The notes under the pieces are model-generated. The model was not told where the DNA came from and ran no database searches. It saw only the letters and a program-made list of their open reading frames with translations. DNA of 64,000 nt, taken from Paraspadella gotoi (Eukaryota > Animalia > Chaetognatha). Location of the stretch: assembly GCA_051294375.1 (NCBI GenBank), contig CM119266.1, forward strand, positions 2,217,760 through 2,281,759, read 5' to 3'. Shown in pieces: positions 1-13,455 of the stretch (position 1 is its first letter; each line of letters opens with the position of its first letter). Position numbers and translations under genes: made by a program.

Positions 1-123
1 GTAACACTGTGTTACAAGCGGGTTAAGCGATCCGTCCCTCTTAACTGCTAGGCGACCACCGGGCTAGAACCCCGGACCTTTGGGTTAGGAGGCGAATGAC
101 TTGCCTCCGGCACCAATGGCCGC
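1..123 (-). mobile_element. tRNA-derived SINE (tRNA-like head 123-52, body runs off window start)
   Basis: Minus strand reads GCGGCCA..TGGTCGC acceptor-like stem, A-box-like TGGTGCCGGAGG, B-box GGGTTCTAGCCC and a CCT anticodon-like loop with a poorly paired stem. The tail CTAGCAGTTAAGAGGGACGG..GCTTAACCC..TGTAACA..GTGTTAC recurs at ~46190-46253 and ~50515-50622. Confidence 0.75.
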
Positions 124-1457
124 TGATGAACGTTTGGTGGATTTTAGTCCACCATACTATAATGATTCATCTCCTCAACTCCTCACATTTTGCGATGCAG
201 CATCCTTCCTTCTTGTCAAGGACGCACTCCTCGGTTTTCGTGCATTTGATGGCGAAGGAGACTCGATCCACGACCAAGATGGCGACAACAACGACGACGA
301 CCGCCAGGAATCGCGAGTCTTTATCATTTCTCCAACTTGATCGCATTTTTCTTCTATGTATGACGACTAGGAATCGAATGTAAAGACTTTTTTTTTGGTG
401 GCGTGGATTGAGAGTGAAATGCTGATGTTAGATGGCGTGAAAAAAATAACAAAAAATTTTAGAATTAGAAATTAATAGTTTAAAATGCTTTTTCCGATGA
501 TTCAGTTTAAAAAATCAGTAAACTAATTGTACCAAGTCATTAAAATTGTTTGCTCTTTTTTTTTTCTCAAATTTAAAATTTGTAAGTAAATGTATATCTG
601 AGGTCCTCGACTTGAAATGAGCAAGAGTGCATCTAATTCTGGGAAAACCTCTATCAGTAAGGCAAAAAAAATAAGGAAGAAAAGAGATAAAAGAAATGGA
701 TGTACTGAATCTCAAATCCCGAACGCGATCTTAGATCTTCCGTAGGAGGAAAATGCATGAGAAGGAAGGCTCATCGTATTGCGTGCATCTTTCGTCTTAT
801 TCTCTTAGTTTATTCTGTCATAAAATAAAAAAATCAGATCATTGAATTTCAATTTCTTAAAAGTAAAAGAAAAAATAAACAAAATAAACTTTGAATTATC
901 AAAAAAATAATTTATTTGTTTTCAAAGAGGTTTTGGAAAGACAAATATATTTTTTTTAAACATTTTTATTGCCCACATTCGATCGAAAGATTGACAGACT
1001 TCAAATAATATTAAGTGCCTTCCTCAGAAAAGAATTTCGAATTTCGTATGTATAAAACTTGATTTTAAATTCGCCAGTCACAAAAGAAATATACTGACGC
1101 CACTCAAAAGATTCTTTTTTAATTTCCCAGAAATTTACTCCCGCTCGACCAGTTTTTCGTTCTGCTCTCGAAAATCTCGATTACAATTCATTTCTTTATC
1201 TAAAGTTCAAACTTCACACAATTACCTAAAGTTTAAACATTTGTTCTTTCGATCCGGTTTTATTTTTTCAATTTTTATTTTTTTATTTTTTAGTTCCTTA
1301 AAAAAAACGAATTTTAGAAACATATACGAAAGTTTAATTTTTCTCAATTGTCGTCTTTTTAAAAGTCTTCAAAAACAAAATATAACCTTTATATTATTTC
1401 AAAATTTCAGAAAATATCAGCCAAAAAAAAAAACATTCAAGACTTCAAAATCTGGCG

Positions 1458-3824
1458 ATGGCAAAGAAGGACGGTGACTCCGTCTTCACGGACTCGAAAA
1501 GTGACGAAAATACCGAATTTTCGGGTGAAGGCCCCGAAATTTCTATCAGTGACTCTAAAAATTCCATCGACGGCGCCGAAATTTTCAACGCAGACGCTGA
1601 ATGTTGCGTCCCACAATCACCTGGGGACGACGCCGGGTGTTCCATCGAAGTCGCCGCCAACTCATCGGCTAATTCCTTTGAATTCAATTCTAATTTCAAT
1701 GAAGGGTGTTTTGTTTTTGGTCTCAGCTCTACTACACTCTTTGGGGGCAATTTCGGCGCCGGTAATATATCAGATACCACCATTCCTTGCGTCAATAAAT
1801 CTAACGCAACCTCTTCAGAAGCTGGGAGTGCCATTGCATCCAACGTCAAATCGTCTGATGGAATTGGCGAAAATCAATCGAGAGTTTCCTTTTCAAACGA
1901 TGAAGAAGATAATAAATCAGAAGATTCCACTTCAGGTTCTGTCGGTGCCACTGGAATCGGCCCCAACTCTTCTGATGGAGCTAAGTTCGATAAGTTAACT
2001 GTCTGCTCCCCGAATGGTGCCTCCTCTGGTGCCTACTCCTCTGATTGGATTGGCAATCTTAAGAGGGGCGCCACCTTTGCAAAGGGGGTTGCGAGTATTA
2101 CGGAAGAAGACAACACCTATTCAGATGATATTGTTACTAATAAATCAAGAATCATCTCTTCAGAAAATATTTTTTGCGAAAAATCTGTTCCCGTATGTGC
2201 GAATGAACCAAACACTAAATTGTCTGTTCCTGTTAATTCAAAAAAATTAGGCACCACCTTATCACATGACGACAGTGTCAATGAATCAGGCGCCCCCTCT
2301 TCAGCTGCAGTTAGCGCCATAAAATTACAAAAAGGTGTTGCTCAGACAATCACGACACCAACACTTACAAAACCTCTATGCACTATCACACCGATCGAGG
2401 AATCTAACTCCACCAATGCATTACATTCTCGCCCGCCAAGCAGTAGCGACCTTTCGCCAACAGTTACTTCCCACATGGCCGTTCATTCGCCTAAGAGAGT
2501 CTCTTGCGAGAAGTCAACAGCTCAACCAATTCAGAACTCCAAGAGATCTTCTCGATCTTTTCGTGGTCGCAGAGGAGCTCGTCATTCAGGCGTTGTTCAA
2601 AAACCCAACCAAGGCCAAGCTCAACAATCTCATTCAACAATGCAAACCGCCATGGACGATAAAACTGTTGCTGGGAATGTAGAAAAAGTAAAATCTTCCA
2701 ACAATTTTTCCCAAATTGTCCAGATGGACTTGACAACCGATGAACAAGAAACCCAAAGGTTCTTGGCCGAAGGCAATGGCAGTTGGGATGAGAAAGATAC
2801 TGTGATACTGCGCGATTCCGAGCATAGCAAGCAGAAAGTATTTTACTGTTCCGTAAGAACCCAAACAGAGGATAGTTCGGTCAGTTCGTATTCGCGCATG
2901 AAGGATAAGAAGAATGAAGAAACCGCTAACGAAGAATCTTCGTTGCATTTACAATCTTTGGCGGGAGAAAGTGAAACCATCGAAGAAACTGGAAGCATAA
3001 CGAATGTAGGCAATGATAATTGTGAAGTCGAGACGATGGCGAATAAAAATGATGCCGATAGGATTTCCAATGAGATCGATGTAGGGGCTAAAAATTTCAT
3101 CGACTTTCAACGGGAGACAGCAAAGCAATTGGCAGATCTGAAGGAAGAGACGAGAGAAGTCAAGAAATGGAACGAAAGAATTTTTGATGAGAGAGAAAGA
3201 CTAACCAGGGAATTGACGGAAAACTCAAATGAGTTAAAAGTTCTGAGGACGAAAATTATTTCTTCTGAGAAGGAGAACTTGATTAACGAACGGCTTTTTG
3301 CCGATCTGTCCCTTGAGAACAAACTGTTGCAGAGAGAAAATGCACAGGCGAGAGAAATAGTTGAAAACCTGAAAGAAAACAAAACGGATTTAGAGGAAAA
3401 CTTAAAAATAATGAGAGAAGAAATGGAAAAATCGAAAGAAATGATTCAAATTATGATGAACTTACAAGAAGAAAACAGTCAATTTAAGACGAAGATAGAG
3501 AAACTGCAAGTTTCACTCTCTCAGTCTGATGACAGCATCAAGTCTCTGCGAGAAGAAAATTCAGAATTGAAGGAATCAATGGCGACATTGCAAGAAGACA
3601 AAGCGATGATCCAGATTCGGGTTCAGACATTGCAGGAAGAGTTGTCTCGATCTGAGGAAACAAATGGGATTTTGATATCGAACAACGCTCAGTCTGATAA
3701 ACTGGTAAATAGTTTGCAAGAAGAAATACTTCAACTGCGAAACACTGTAGCGGAATTACAGGGAAGATTGTATCTGGCGGAGTATTTGTACGACTTTAAC
3801 CGCCGTCTATTCAACTCCAAATAG
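1458..3824 (+). CDS. Uncharacterized 788-aa protein: Ser/Thr-rich low-complexity N-terminal two thirds, long coiled coil (~aa 545-780)
   Basis: Uninterrupted 2.37-kb ATG-TAG ORF in AT-rich surroundings; heptad-like E/K/L-rich C-terminus; ATTAAA/AATAAA at ~3912-3990; possible 5'UTR acceptor tttcag at ~1410. Confidence 0.8.
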   Translation: MAKKDGDSVFTDSKSDENTEFSGEGPEISISDSKNSIDGAEIFNADAECCVPQSPGDDAGCSIEVAANSSANSFEFNSNFNEGCFVFGLSSTTLFGGNFGAGNISDTTIPCVNKSNATSSEAGSAIASNVKSSDGIGENQSRVSFSNDEEDNKSEDSTSGSVGATGIGPNSSDGAKFDKLTVCSPNGASSGAYSSDWIGNLKRGATFAKGVASITEEDNTYSDDIVTNKSRIISSENIFCEKSVPVCANEPNTKLSVPVNSKKLGTTLSHDDSVNESGAPSSAAVSAIKLQKGVAQTITTPTLTKPLCTITPIEESNSTNALHSRPPSSSDLSPTVTSHMAVHSPKRVSCEKSTAQPIQNSKRSSRSFRGRRGARHSGVVQKPNQGQAQQSHSTMQTAMDDKTVAGNVEKVKSSNNFSQIVQMDLTTDEQETQRFLAEGNGSWDEKDTVILRDSEHSKQKVFYCSVRTQTEDSSVSSYSRMKDKKNEETANEESSLHLQSLAGESETIEETGSITNVGNDNCEVETMANKNDADRISNEIDVGAKNFIDFQRETAKQLADLKEETREVKKWNERIFDERERLTRELTENSNELKVLRTKIISSEKENLINERLFADLSLENKLLQRENAQAREIVENLKENKTDLEENLKIMREEMEKSKEMIQIMMNLQEENSQFKTKIEKLQVSLSQSDDSIKSLREENSELKESMATLQEDKAMIQIRVQTLQEELSRSEETNGILISNNAQSDKLVNSLQEEILQLRNTVAELQGRLYLAEYLYDFNRRLFNSK

Positions 3825-4766
3825 CGCCGTTCGAGTGTTGTATTATATGGTAATTAATGGTAATTAATAATTATGTCGTTTAAACATTATATGTAAAAAT
3901 TGAAGTTTATCATTAAAGAAATATTAAAGAAAGTAAAAATTTTCCTAAAGTGTTTTATTTGAAAATAAAACAAAAAACGGGAAATAAAAAGTGAAGCAGA
4001 TATGTATTAATTAAAAAAAAAAAATTAACAAAAAGCTAGAATCTTTATGAAAAAAGAGGCGAAACTTTAAAGCTAGTCAAATCTTAAACCGTTCCTCTAA
4101 TTCACAATATATCCAGATGACGAATCCATTTGGAGCCACTCTCTCCTCAGTCCTCCCTCCCTCCTGTTCGTAATTCCACCTCGTAACGACCACCCCTACC
4201 CTTTTCCCTCCCACCTGAAACCACCCGCCACTTTCCTTCTTTCCACCCCAACTCATTGTCCCAGGCGCTTCGTCCTAATCGAGGCACGTGGAAACCTTAA
4301 TAGCTTCGGGTCCCATCGCCCCGACGAGTCGTTTCAGAAAACCCTCTCTCTCTCTCTCTCTCTCGTCTCCTGACTCGTGTTCTCTCGTGTCGAGTCTCCT
4401 CTTCCCGTCTCTCCTCTCTCTCTCTCTCGTCTCTCTCTCTCTCTCTCTCTTCTCTCTCTTTTTCTCTCTCTCTCTCCGACCGCGACAACCGCCTATTGGA
4501 TGGAACAAATACAATAACACGAAAGAATTTAGGAACTGCCAACGCGGGCATTTTGCCAGACGGGCACCTCCTGATCGGGGCCATTAGATCCGATGACAGC
4601 CCCCTCCCCTTTTCAAAAGGTAATGTCTCTCTCTCTCTCTCCTCTCTCTCTCTCCAATGGCGAAGAGGTGAATAATGGGGGAGAAGTTTTTGCTTTAGGT
4701 GAGAAAGGGATTGTTGTCGCTCGGATTGAGAGGCAATGAGGGAAATTCTCTCTTTCTTCTCTCTCT

Positions 4767-4808
<42 letters not shown>

Positions 4809-5292
4809 TTGTCTCGGTTTTTCCCTTTTCTCCTTTTAAATGTATTCCTTTTCTCTTTTTAATTATGCACTAAAACTAGGCGCGTCTCTTTACAGGAGCA
4901 AGAAATTACCAGGATATTTAAAAAAAATAAGAGTTTGATTGGAAACATTGTAAGGATTGTGACTTTTTCGTCGTACATTTATTTATTCGGAGAAACTCTT
5001 AGCATTTCCTATCCTGTAGTGACACAATCAATCTTTCAATTACCACAAATATTAACTTCCCCTCCAACCCCAGATTTTTTGCCATCCGTACCATAATTTC
5101 TGCCACCCTCGTTTTGCCATAACTTATGCCAGAAGGCGTCCGTCTCTCGTTAATTAAGTTTCGTAGTTAAAATCCCGTTTGAGGGAAGAGGAGGAGGAGG
5201 AGGAGGAGGAGGAGGACGAAGACAAAAGGGACTCGCCTCTTCTCAATTCTCTCTTATTTGCTCTCTTTTCTCTCTCTCTCTCTCTCTCATCT

Positions 5293-5341
<49 letters not shown>

Positions 5342-7027
5342 CTCTCGTCGTCTTCCGCCCGCTTCTTTGCCCATAAAAAAGAATAATCTTGTAGTGACTC
5401 AGTCTGTCTCTCTCTCTCTCTCATCTCCTCTCGTCTTCATCTCTGTTCTCTTAATCAACCACTCAAGCCATAATTTTTGTCAACAACATAATGATATATC
5501 CCATTTTGCCCGTTCGCATCGCCGCCATTTCTGACGCTCTTTTGCCCGACGTCCCGCTTTACCCGCCCTTTTTTCGTTCTACCTGCCTTTTCCCCAAGCC
5601 TCTCTAGCCTTAAACCCAATTGCTCCTCTGCCCATTCATTTTAACCTTACCCATTCACGCCTCTCGCTACCATGTTCATAATCTGGCCAGAGTTCTTTTC
5701 CCGGAATTAGTGATTTACGTCGCTCAGCTATAATATTCCTCCTCCCCTCTCAACCCCTACCTTCCTATCTCTCTCTCCCCTCCTTCTCTCCCTCTCCTTT
5801 CTCCTCTCCCCTCCTCCTCTCCCCCTTCTTTCCTCCCCCGCTCTCCCCCATTCCTATCTCGTCGCTAAAGAGATTTTCTCTCTTTGGATCTTTTCTTGTT
5901 TTATTCTCTCGCGCATCGTGTTGAATGAGAGAACGGGAGAACGAATTGACGAGTAAACGGGAGAACGAAATAAACCTTGAAGAATATAAAAGGAAAAACG
6001 GGAGGAAACGGGAGAATAAAAAAACTAATCAAAAACTAAAATAAAAAGCGAGAATGAGAAAATTGAATAACGATAGTATTTAACGAAAAAAATGGGAGAA
6101 TCTAGGAAATTGGGAGAACGCGAAAACTATAGAATTATAAGGGAAATAAACAATCAATTTCACAATTCCAAAATTCTGCTCTTCAATGCGGAGTTTTTTG
6201 TTCGTGAATCAGTGAAAAGAAATCCCAATGCGGAAATGATATTCACGCCGACGATGACTCCTTCACCCTAATTACTGCTTCTCCTTTCACTCCACCCATC
6301 ACCCTCACCACTGCTCCACCTTTAACTCCAGCGACCCACTTATTCCCTTCTTAACCCATAAAACGTGTCCAAGGGGGTCCTTTAGCGGCTTAAAACCACC
6401 ACATATCTCAATGAACTTCCCGACCTCCACTCCCTCGCACCTTAATGTCTCATTGCACTGACATCTTCTTAACCCTTTCGTCTCTATGACTACCGAACGC
6501 GCTTTTTGTTTATTTGCTATCATTCTCAGTCTTACGGTTGAAAATTATTATTAAATATATGCAACCAATATGAATTTATATTTTCTATTAACGAATAAGT
6601 TATCTTCCTACTGACGTTTTGCAAGCTATGGTGGGTTATGGCCTATATCCCTCCTACAAGATAATTACATAGCTCTCTCAGTCTAATTATTATCTACGCT
6701 TTCCAAGGACCTGTTCTGTTTTAGATCTGCCGATTTGAGCTAAATCTTCATAGTGGAAATAAATCTCGAAAGTAAAATTCCGAAAACGATGTATTTATAG
6801 AAACACAAATGATGAATTTCATATGTATATTTGGAACCAGTGAAAATTTAGGCTGCTGACGGCCTTAATAAAATTGTTTCAGTTTTTCTTTATCCAGGCT
6901 AATATTTTATTTTTGACGCTCATTTCAAAGAGATTTCTTTGCCTCTTCCTGACCCTCTCTGCTTTAGTGCTTCGACTCTCTTTTTTTTACTCCTTAACTT
7001 CTGTAATGAGTTCGTTTTTACTCCTTT

Positions 7028-7250
7028 ATCTATTTCTACTCCTATCTTCAGTCTTTCTCTACTCCTCTTCTTACTCTTAACCTTCATCTATTTCTGCTCC
7101 TATCTTCAGTCTTTCTCTACTCCTCTTCTTACTCTTAACCTTCATCTATTTCTGCTCCTATCTTCAGTCTTTTTCTACTCCTCTTATTACTCTTAACCTT
7201 CATCTATTTCTGCTCCTATCTTCAGTCTTTCTCTTCTTCTCTTCTTAACC
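7028..7250. repeat. 58-bp tandem repeat, ~3.8 copies
   Basis: ATCTATTTCT(A/G)CTCC starts at 7028, 7086, 7144 and 7202. Confidence 0.9.
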
Positions 7251-7569
7251 TATCTCTGACCCTTCTTTCCCTCTCATACTTTTCCCTCATTCTCGCTCTC
7301 TCCCCCCCGCGGTGAATGCCCTCGCCTCCGAAAACTCACGACGTCTCACGTTTCGGGCCTTTCCGTCGCCTGCCCAACCCCCCGCTTCAAGTCCCCCCCT
7401 AAGCCGCTCCCGCTAAGGCCTCTCCATAAAGGCCTCTTCATGAGGCCTCCCCATGAGGCCCCCGCTGGCTAATCTCGAGCCTTCCCTTAACCCGAGCATC
7501 ATCAGCTAATTTTGTTTTATGATGACAAAAACCAATCAACTTATTATTCTCGGCGCGAGTTCTCAACCC

Positions 7570-7614
<45 letters not shown>

Positions 7615-8069
7615 CTCTTCTCTCTCTTCCTCTCTTCTCAAATCGCCAACGGGGGTAGCGATGATTCGTTATTTGTCACGCGTTGTCTTAATCATCGCGG
7701 CTGTCGGAGTTATCATTATCATAATCAGCTACATAAGTATTATAATCATCACTATCATGATAAATATCATCGACTCTCCTCATTTTCACCTTTTAAACTC
7801 CGCTCTCTCTCATCCCCCCTCCTCTCTCTCTCCCTTCCTCCCTCTCCCGCGCTTCCATCTCCCTCTCCCTCTCTCTCTCCTTCCCTTCTCCTCCCCCCCC
7901 TTCCTCCCTTTCCTCCCGAGACCCGACGCTTCCATTTAAACTTTGATTCCGCGACGGAGTCGTTGTCTCGATCGCTCTTCTCTGATTGGTCGATCTTCCA
8001 CGATGAGTCGTCCTTTCATTGGTCGATTGACTATTTGTGGACGACGTTAGTAAGTGAGACATTAAAGTG

Positions 8070-8500
8070 AATCGTCATCGTTATCGTCGTCGTCATAAGT
8101 GTCGTTGTCATCGTCATTTAAGTTTATGGACATCATAGTCATTCTTGTCTTTGTCTTTGTCGTCAGGACTTCATATCCGTTATCAACTTTCTTAACGTCA
8201 TCGCAGTCCTTTTCATCGTCATCATCTTTGTCCACATCTTCGCTATCGTCGTCTTTTTCGTCATCGTCATCGTCGTCTGAGTTATCTTTTATCTTTTACA
8301 GCATTGTTATCTTTTATCATTTTCATCCTGATCATCGTCGTTGTAATCATTTTCGTCGTCCTAATTGTCGTCATCATCGTCTTCGTCGTCATCATCATTA
8401 TCATCGTCATCGACGTGATCTTTGTCATTGTCGTCGTACTCATCGTTGTCATCGTCATCATCGTCGTTATCGTCGTCATCGTCGTCATCTTCGTCGTCAC
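8070..8500. repeat. Degenerate (TCG/TCA)n trinucleotide tract
   Basis: Runs of cgtcat/cgtcgt; produce low-complexity ORFs on both strands. Confidence 0.85.
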
Positions 8501-11500
8501 GGTCGTGATCCTTTTCTCGCGCTCGACTTTTTTTGGCTCCGCAGTCGGGATTTTTGGGGTTCACCGCGAGTCAGTCGAGTCACGGTTCACGAGGAGTTTC
8601 TCACTCACGGTGAAGTTCGAATTATCGGTGAAAACATGGGACCGATAATGATTGAAATGTTGATTGGCTAATGACTTTAGTGATTGCTAAATTAGTTTGA
8701 ATGATTGGCCTGAATGATTGACAAATGGGTAGGTCGTTTGATTGATTAGTCTAGATGATTCGAATGACGAGTTAGTTGATTAACTCGTTTGCTACTCTTT
8801 CATTAACTTATTCTCTTTCATTAACTTATTCCCTTTTTTTAAATTTTTTTTTCTGTTAATTACTTTTTATTTATTTTCCACATTTCTCCCTTTTAATTCC
8901 TTTTTCAATCTTCCTCATTTCAAACTCAGATCCTCGTTTCTCTTTTCCCTTCTAATCAGCATCGACAATTCCCGCCCACTTCTTCTTCCTTCATCCTACT
9001 CTTATTCTTCTCCGCTACTTCCTCTACTCCTCTTCTCTCCTCCTCCTCCTCCTCTTCCTCCTCTCTTCCTCCTCCCCCGTCGCGGTCGATGATGTCCATT
9101 TAGCGACGACCAAGTTTTCCGATCTTCATCGAGAGAAATCCCCGGCGAGAGGTGAGGGTCCCCGCTGGGGACGTCCCCTCGGGATTTGTCAGAGAGAGAG
9201 AGAGAGCAAGGCAGAGAGAAGAGAGAGAAGAGAGAGAGAAGACGAGAGAGAGAGCAGAGAGAGAGATTAAGGAATTCTCCAAAAGTAGAGAGTCGGTGTT
9301 GAGTCAAAAATAATATAAATATGGAAAGGAATGGGAGAACTAAACGTAGTTTAAGAAAAGGGGAAAGAGAGAGAGAGAGAGAGAGAGAGACGAAAGAGAG
9401 AGGAGAAGAGAGATAGGAAGAGAGAGGAGGAGAGAAGAGAAGAGAAGAGGGAAAGAAATAAAGAGAGAAGAGAAATTGAGAAAGAGGGAAGAGAGGGAAA
9501 AAGAAGGAGAAGAAAAAGAGAATTAGGGGGCAAGTGGAAACTCGAGTCGTAAAAACGAAATCGATAGTTCTAGATGGATCCCCCCAACCTTCATGCCATC
9601 ACCCTCGCCACTCTTCCACCTCGCCACCGTTTGGCACCCCCGTCTTACAACATCCCCCTCCACAAACCCAACCGCCTTCCACCCGCGGTTTTTTGCCCCG
9701 AAACCCGGGGCCTACAACAAACAAACAGACCCGGGCCGCCCCAATGCATGTCTGATTGAAGAACTGTCTACTGGCTTCGCGTTTTTCGCTGCACTTACTG
9801 CCTTTTTCTTCTATTCTTCGGCGAAGGGAAACATATACAAATCCTTTGGGACGACTGCGGCTTCATCCTGTTGGTCGTCGTCGTCGTCGTCGTCTTCGCT
9901 CGTCCATTTTCTAAATGGTCCCTAACGCTCGTTAGCTTGACTAAATCTACGACGACTGAAATGGCATTCCATTATAATAACGATCATGAAAGATCATCCG
10001 AATGTCTCGTCTGTCTTCTCGTCTTTGGAAATCGTTCTCGTCTCAGTGTCTCTCTCTCTCTTCTCTTTCTCTCTACTCTCTCTCCTAAAAATTTCGCGTT
10101 TCAGCGGAATTGTTGACAATAAATCGACGAGACTGCATTTATGTGCCTGCAGTTTGAAATATTTAAACCTTTAGTTTTTATCCCATGCAAATAAAAAAAA
10201 TAATTCAGGAAATAGTTTTATACAATTTTCTCTCCTTCTTTTAAAAGCACTCTTCAATAGGGTCATTTTTTCGAACCTACCTCTATTCAATTCCCGTTGT
10301 TTGTTTTGAATGATGACTAAATGTCAAAACTTCTGAAATCAACCAGCACGCTCTCCTCTCTCTCTCCCTCCTCTCTCTCTCTCGCATCCCTCTCTCTCTC
10401 CTCTCCCTCCGCTTCTCTCTTCTCTCTCTCTCTCTCCATCTCTCTCAGTCTCTCTCCTCCCATCTCTTTGTCTCTCTAACTAATCCTCCTTTCGATGGCC
10501 CACTCTCCAACCGTGGCCACTGTTTGTTTGCTTTATCTCTCAAAATAAACATGGAATGATAAAACAAAACGTACGTCGACTCTTTTCGAACGCGCGGAAT
10601 CCGCCATGACAACGCGTGATTATGTCCGATCGCTACGGAAACAAAAGGCGCTTCGCATCGGTAGACGCCACGCGGGTTTCGTTGCGGGGGGAGTCGAGCT
10701 TAGGATCGGGGCGGACGCGGGGGGGCTGGGCACGACTGATAGTCACTTCTAATGAAAGGATCGATGAGGACGGAGAGTTGAGAACGATGCAGCCGAGGGT
10801 TCCTTCAAAATTGGGTTCAACCGTTGGCTGACATTTTTGAAAATATATTTTAAAGTAACTTACCAATATTTAAAGATTAGTATTAAAAAAGTTTATAAAA
10901 TCAGTAAGCAGGAATTCTCATTGATTCTCATTTTTTTCTCATCTCGAGTAAATCGTAAGTTTCGTAAGACTATTCGTAAGGCTAAATTTAAAATATATGT
11001 CTATGAGTCTATAAGAATATCTTTATTTATTACTGAAAGGACCCTGCTGTATTATCTTCTGTATTTATGTATTATTAGAGCTATTGGTTCATTCTAAACG
11101 TCCATTAAGGAGCATTTTTCTGATGAATGAATTGTTCGTCCAGAAAAAGTTTAGTTGAGAATTTTCTAAAACGCGAATTATAAAATGGCGCCGCCCATCC
11201 GTGAGAATTTGGAGAGAACAATGGAACGAATCTAAAGGTGGGCGGTGGGGGGAAAGAGGGGAGNNNNNNNNNNNNNNNNNNNNNNNNNNNNNNNNNNNNN
11301 NNNNNNNNNNNNNNNNNNNNNNNNNNNNNNNNNNNNNNNNNNNNNNNNNNNNNNNNNNNNNNNNNNNNNNNNNNNNNNNNNNNNNNNNNNNNNNNNNNNN
11401 NNNNNNNNNNNNNNNNNNNNNNNNNNNNNNNNNNNNNNNNNNNNNNNNNNNNNNNNNNNNNNNNNNNNNNNNNNNNNNNNNNNNNNNNNNNNNNNNNNNN

Positions 11501-12308
11501 NNNNNNNNNNNNNNNNNNNNNNNNNNNNNNNNNNCCGCTGTCATTGTCCGATTGCCCTCTCACCCGTTTTAACTCTTCCATCTTCCTCACACTCCTCACC
11601 CTTTTCGCTTACTTTCTTTCTTCCTCCCTTTTCCTCCCTTCCTCCCTCTTCTTCCCTTCCTCCCTTTTTCTCCCTTCCTCCCTTTCCCTCCCTTTCTCCC
11701 TTCCTTCCACTCTCTGCCTTCCTCCCTCTGCCCTAGGGTCGAGCGCCGATTAAATTATCAACGAATGAGGAAGCGAATTTTCGTCGTCGTCGTCGTCGTT
11801 ATAAGGAAAAGGGAAAAATCATTGAGTTCACACACGAATCAACTGGTTAGGTACTAGGGCCCTTTGACCTCATCAACGCGATGTATCGAGCCCTTTGATT
11901 GCACGTAGTGTGGAGACACGAAGTATTTGTATCGCTGAGCTCTATTTTTTCAAATCCTTTGGGAAGTAATCTGGTCTGTTGAGAACACATTGCAACCATT
12001 TGCAATATCTAGAAGTTGTTGGAACGATTGATTTCATCAACGCATTTGTATTTTTTTAAAGGATATATATTTATATATGTATATATCTACTATGGAAAAT
12101 AATCTAAATAAAATTTCATATAAATATAAAAGTTAATAATATTTATTGCAAGGGTGGAAGGGTTAAAGAGAGAGAGAGAGANNNNNNNNNNNNNNNNNNN
12201 NNNNNNNNNNNNNNNNNNNNNNNNNNNNNNNNNNNNNNNNNNNNNNNNNNNNNNNNNNNNNNNNNNNNNNNNNNNNNNNNNNNNNNNNNNNNNNNNNNNN
12301 NNNNNNNN

Positions 12309-12342
<34 letters not shown>

Positions 12343-12674
12343 TTCCATCGAAATAAGCCGAAGGTGAAAAACGTTTATGGGCGCAAATGTTTATCAAAGG
12401 TCGAGAGATAGAGAGAGAAATATGAGGCGGAAAAAACCTCATGAAAAATATGGGGCAAGAAGGTGCTAACAAAGATGGGGAAGCAAGCAGATGGGGATGC
12501 AAGCAGAAGAAAGCTATGCGCAAAAAAATTCGGGGCAGTTAGCTGTTGCCAAAATATGCGGGATAGATAATCTTTTTTGAAGAGAATAGGATTTATATTT
12601 CGATTAGGTTCGTTCCCGATTTTTAGACTTTTATCTCGTTTAGATTTTGATTAGATTTAGATTTCTATTTAAAT

Positions 12675-13085
12675 TAGATTGGATAGGATTAGATTAGATT
12701 AGATTAGATTAGATTAGATTAGATTAGATTAGATTAGATTAGATTTAGATTTTAATTTATATGCAAATTTTGATTTAGATTAGATAATATTTTGATTCAG
12801 ATTTTTATATAGATAATTATCGTCCAAATCGTCCCTACGTCTTGCTGGTCGTCATGAAAATTGTCATCATTACGGTTTTCACCTTTATCATCACCATCAT
12901 CAATGTCATCGCCATCATCACAATCACCCTTATCATCTTCAACATCATCATTAGCATCATCCTTATCGTCTTCAACATCATCTTCAACATCGTCATCAGC
13001 ATCTTCCTTATCATTATCAACATCATCATCACCATTATTCTCATCATCTTCAACATCATCATCAGCATCATTCTTATCATCTTCT
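12675..13085. repeat. (GATTA)n pentamer array followed by degenerate (CAT)n tract
   Basis: agattagatt at 12690-12745; catcat/atcttcaac units at 12865-13085. Confidence 0.85.
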
Positions 13086-13420
13086 TTTTGAGGCATTTAA
13101 AAAAAGACTCCCAACCGACTGAAGGCAGTTATCTCGCGATTTTTTCGTCCGACTGGATTCTGCGTCAACTGNNNNNNNNNNNNNNNNNNNNNNNNNNNNN
13201 NNNNNNNNNNNNNNNNNNNNNNNNNNNNNNNNNNNNNNNNNNNNNNNNNNNNNNNNNNNNNNNNNNNNNNNNNNNNNNNNNNNNNNNNNNNNNNNNNNNN
13301 NNNNNNNNNNNNNNNNNNNNNNNNNNNNNNNNNNNNNNNNNNNNNNNNNNNNNNNNNNNNNNNNNNNNNNNNNNNNNNNNNNNNNNNNNNNNNNNNNNNN
13401 NNNNNNNNNNNNNNNNNNNN

Positions 13421-13455
<35 letters not shown>

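Noticed and set aside
52-123. Functional tRNA-Arg(CCT) gene
   Set aside because: The anticodon stem pairs poorly and the attached tail recurs elsewhere, which indicates a SINE head.
9770-10830. Possible minus-strand exons (MADSARSKRVD|gt; poly-D segment)
   Set aside because: Could not be joined into a stop-free, phase-consistent frame.
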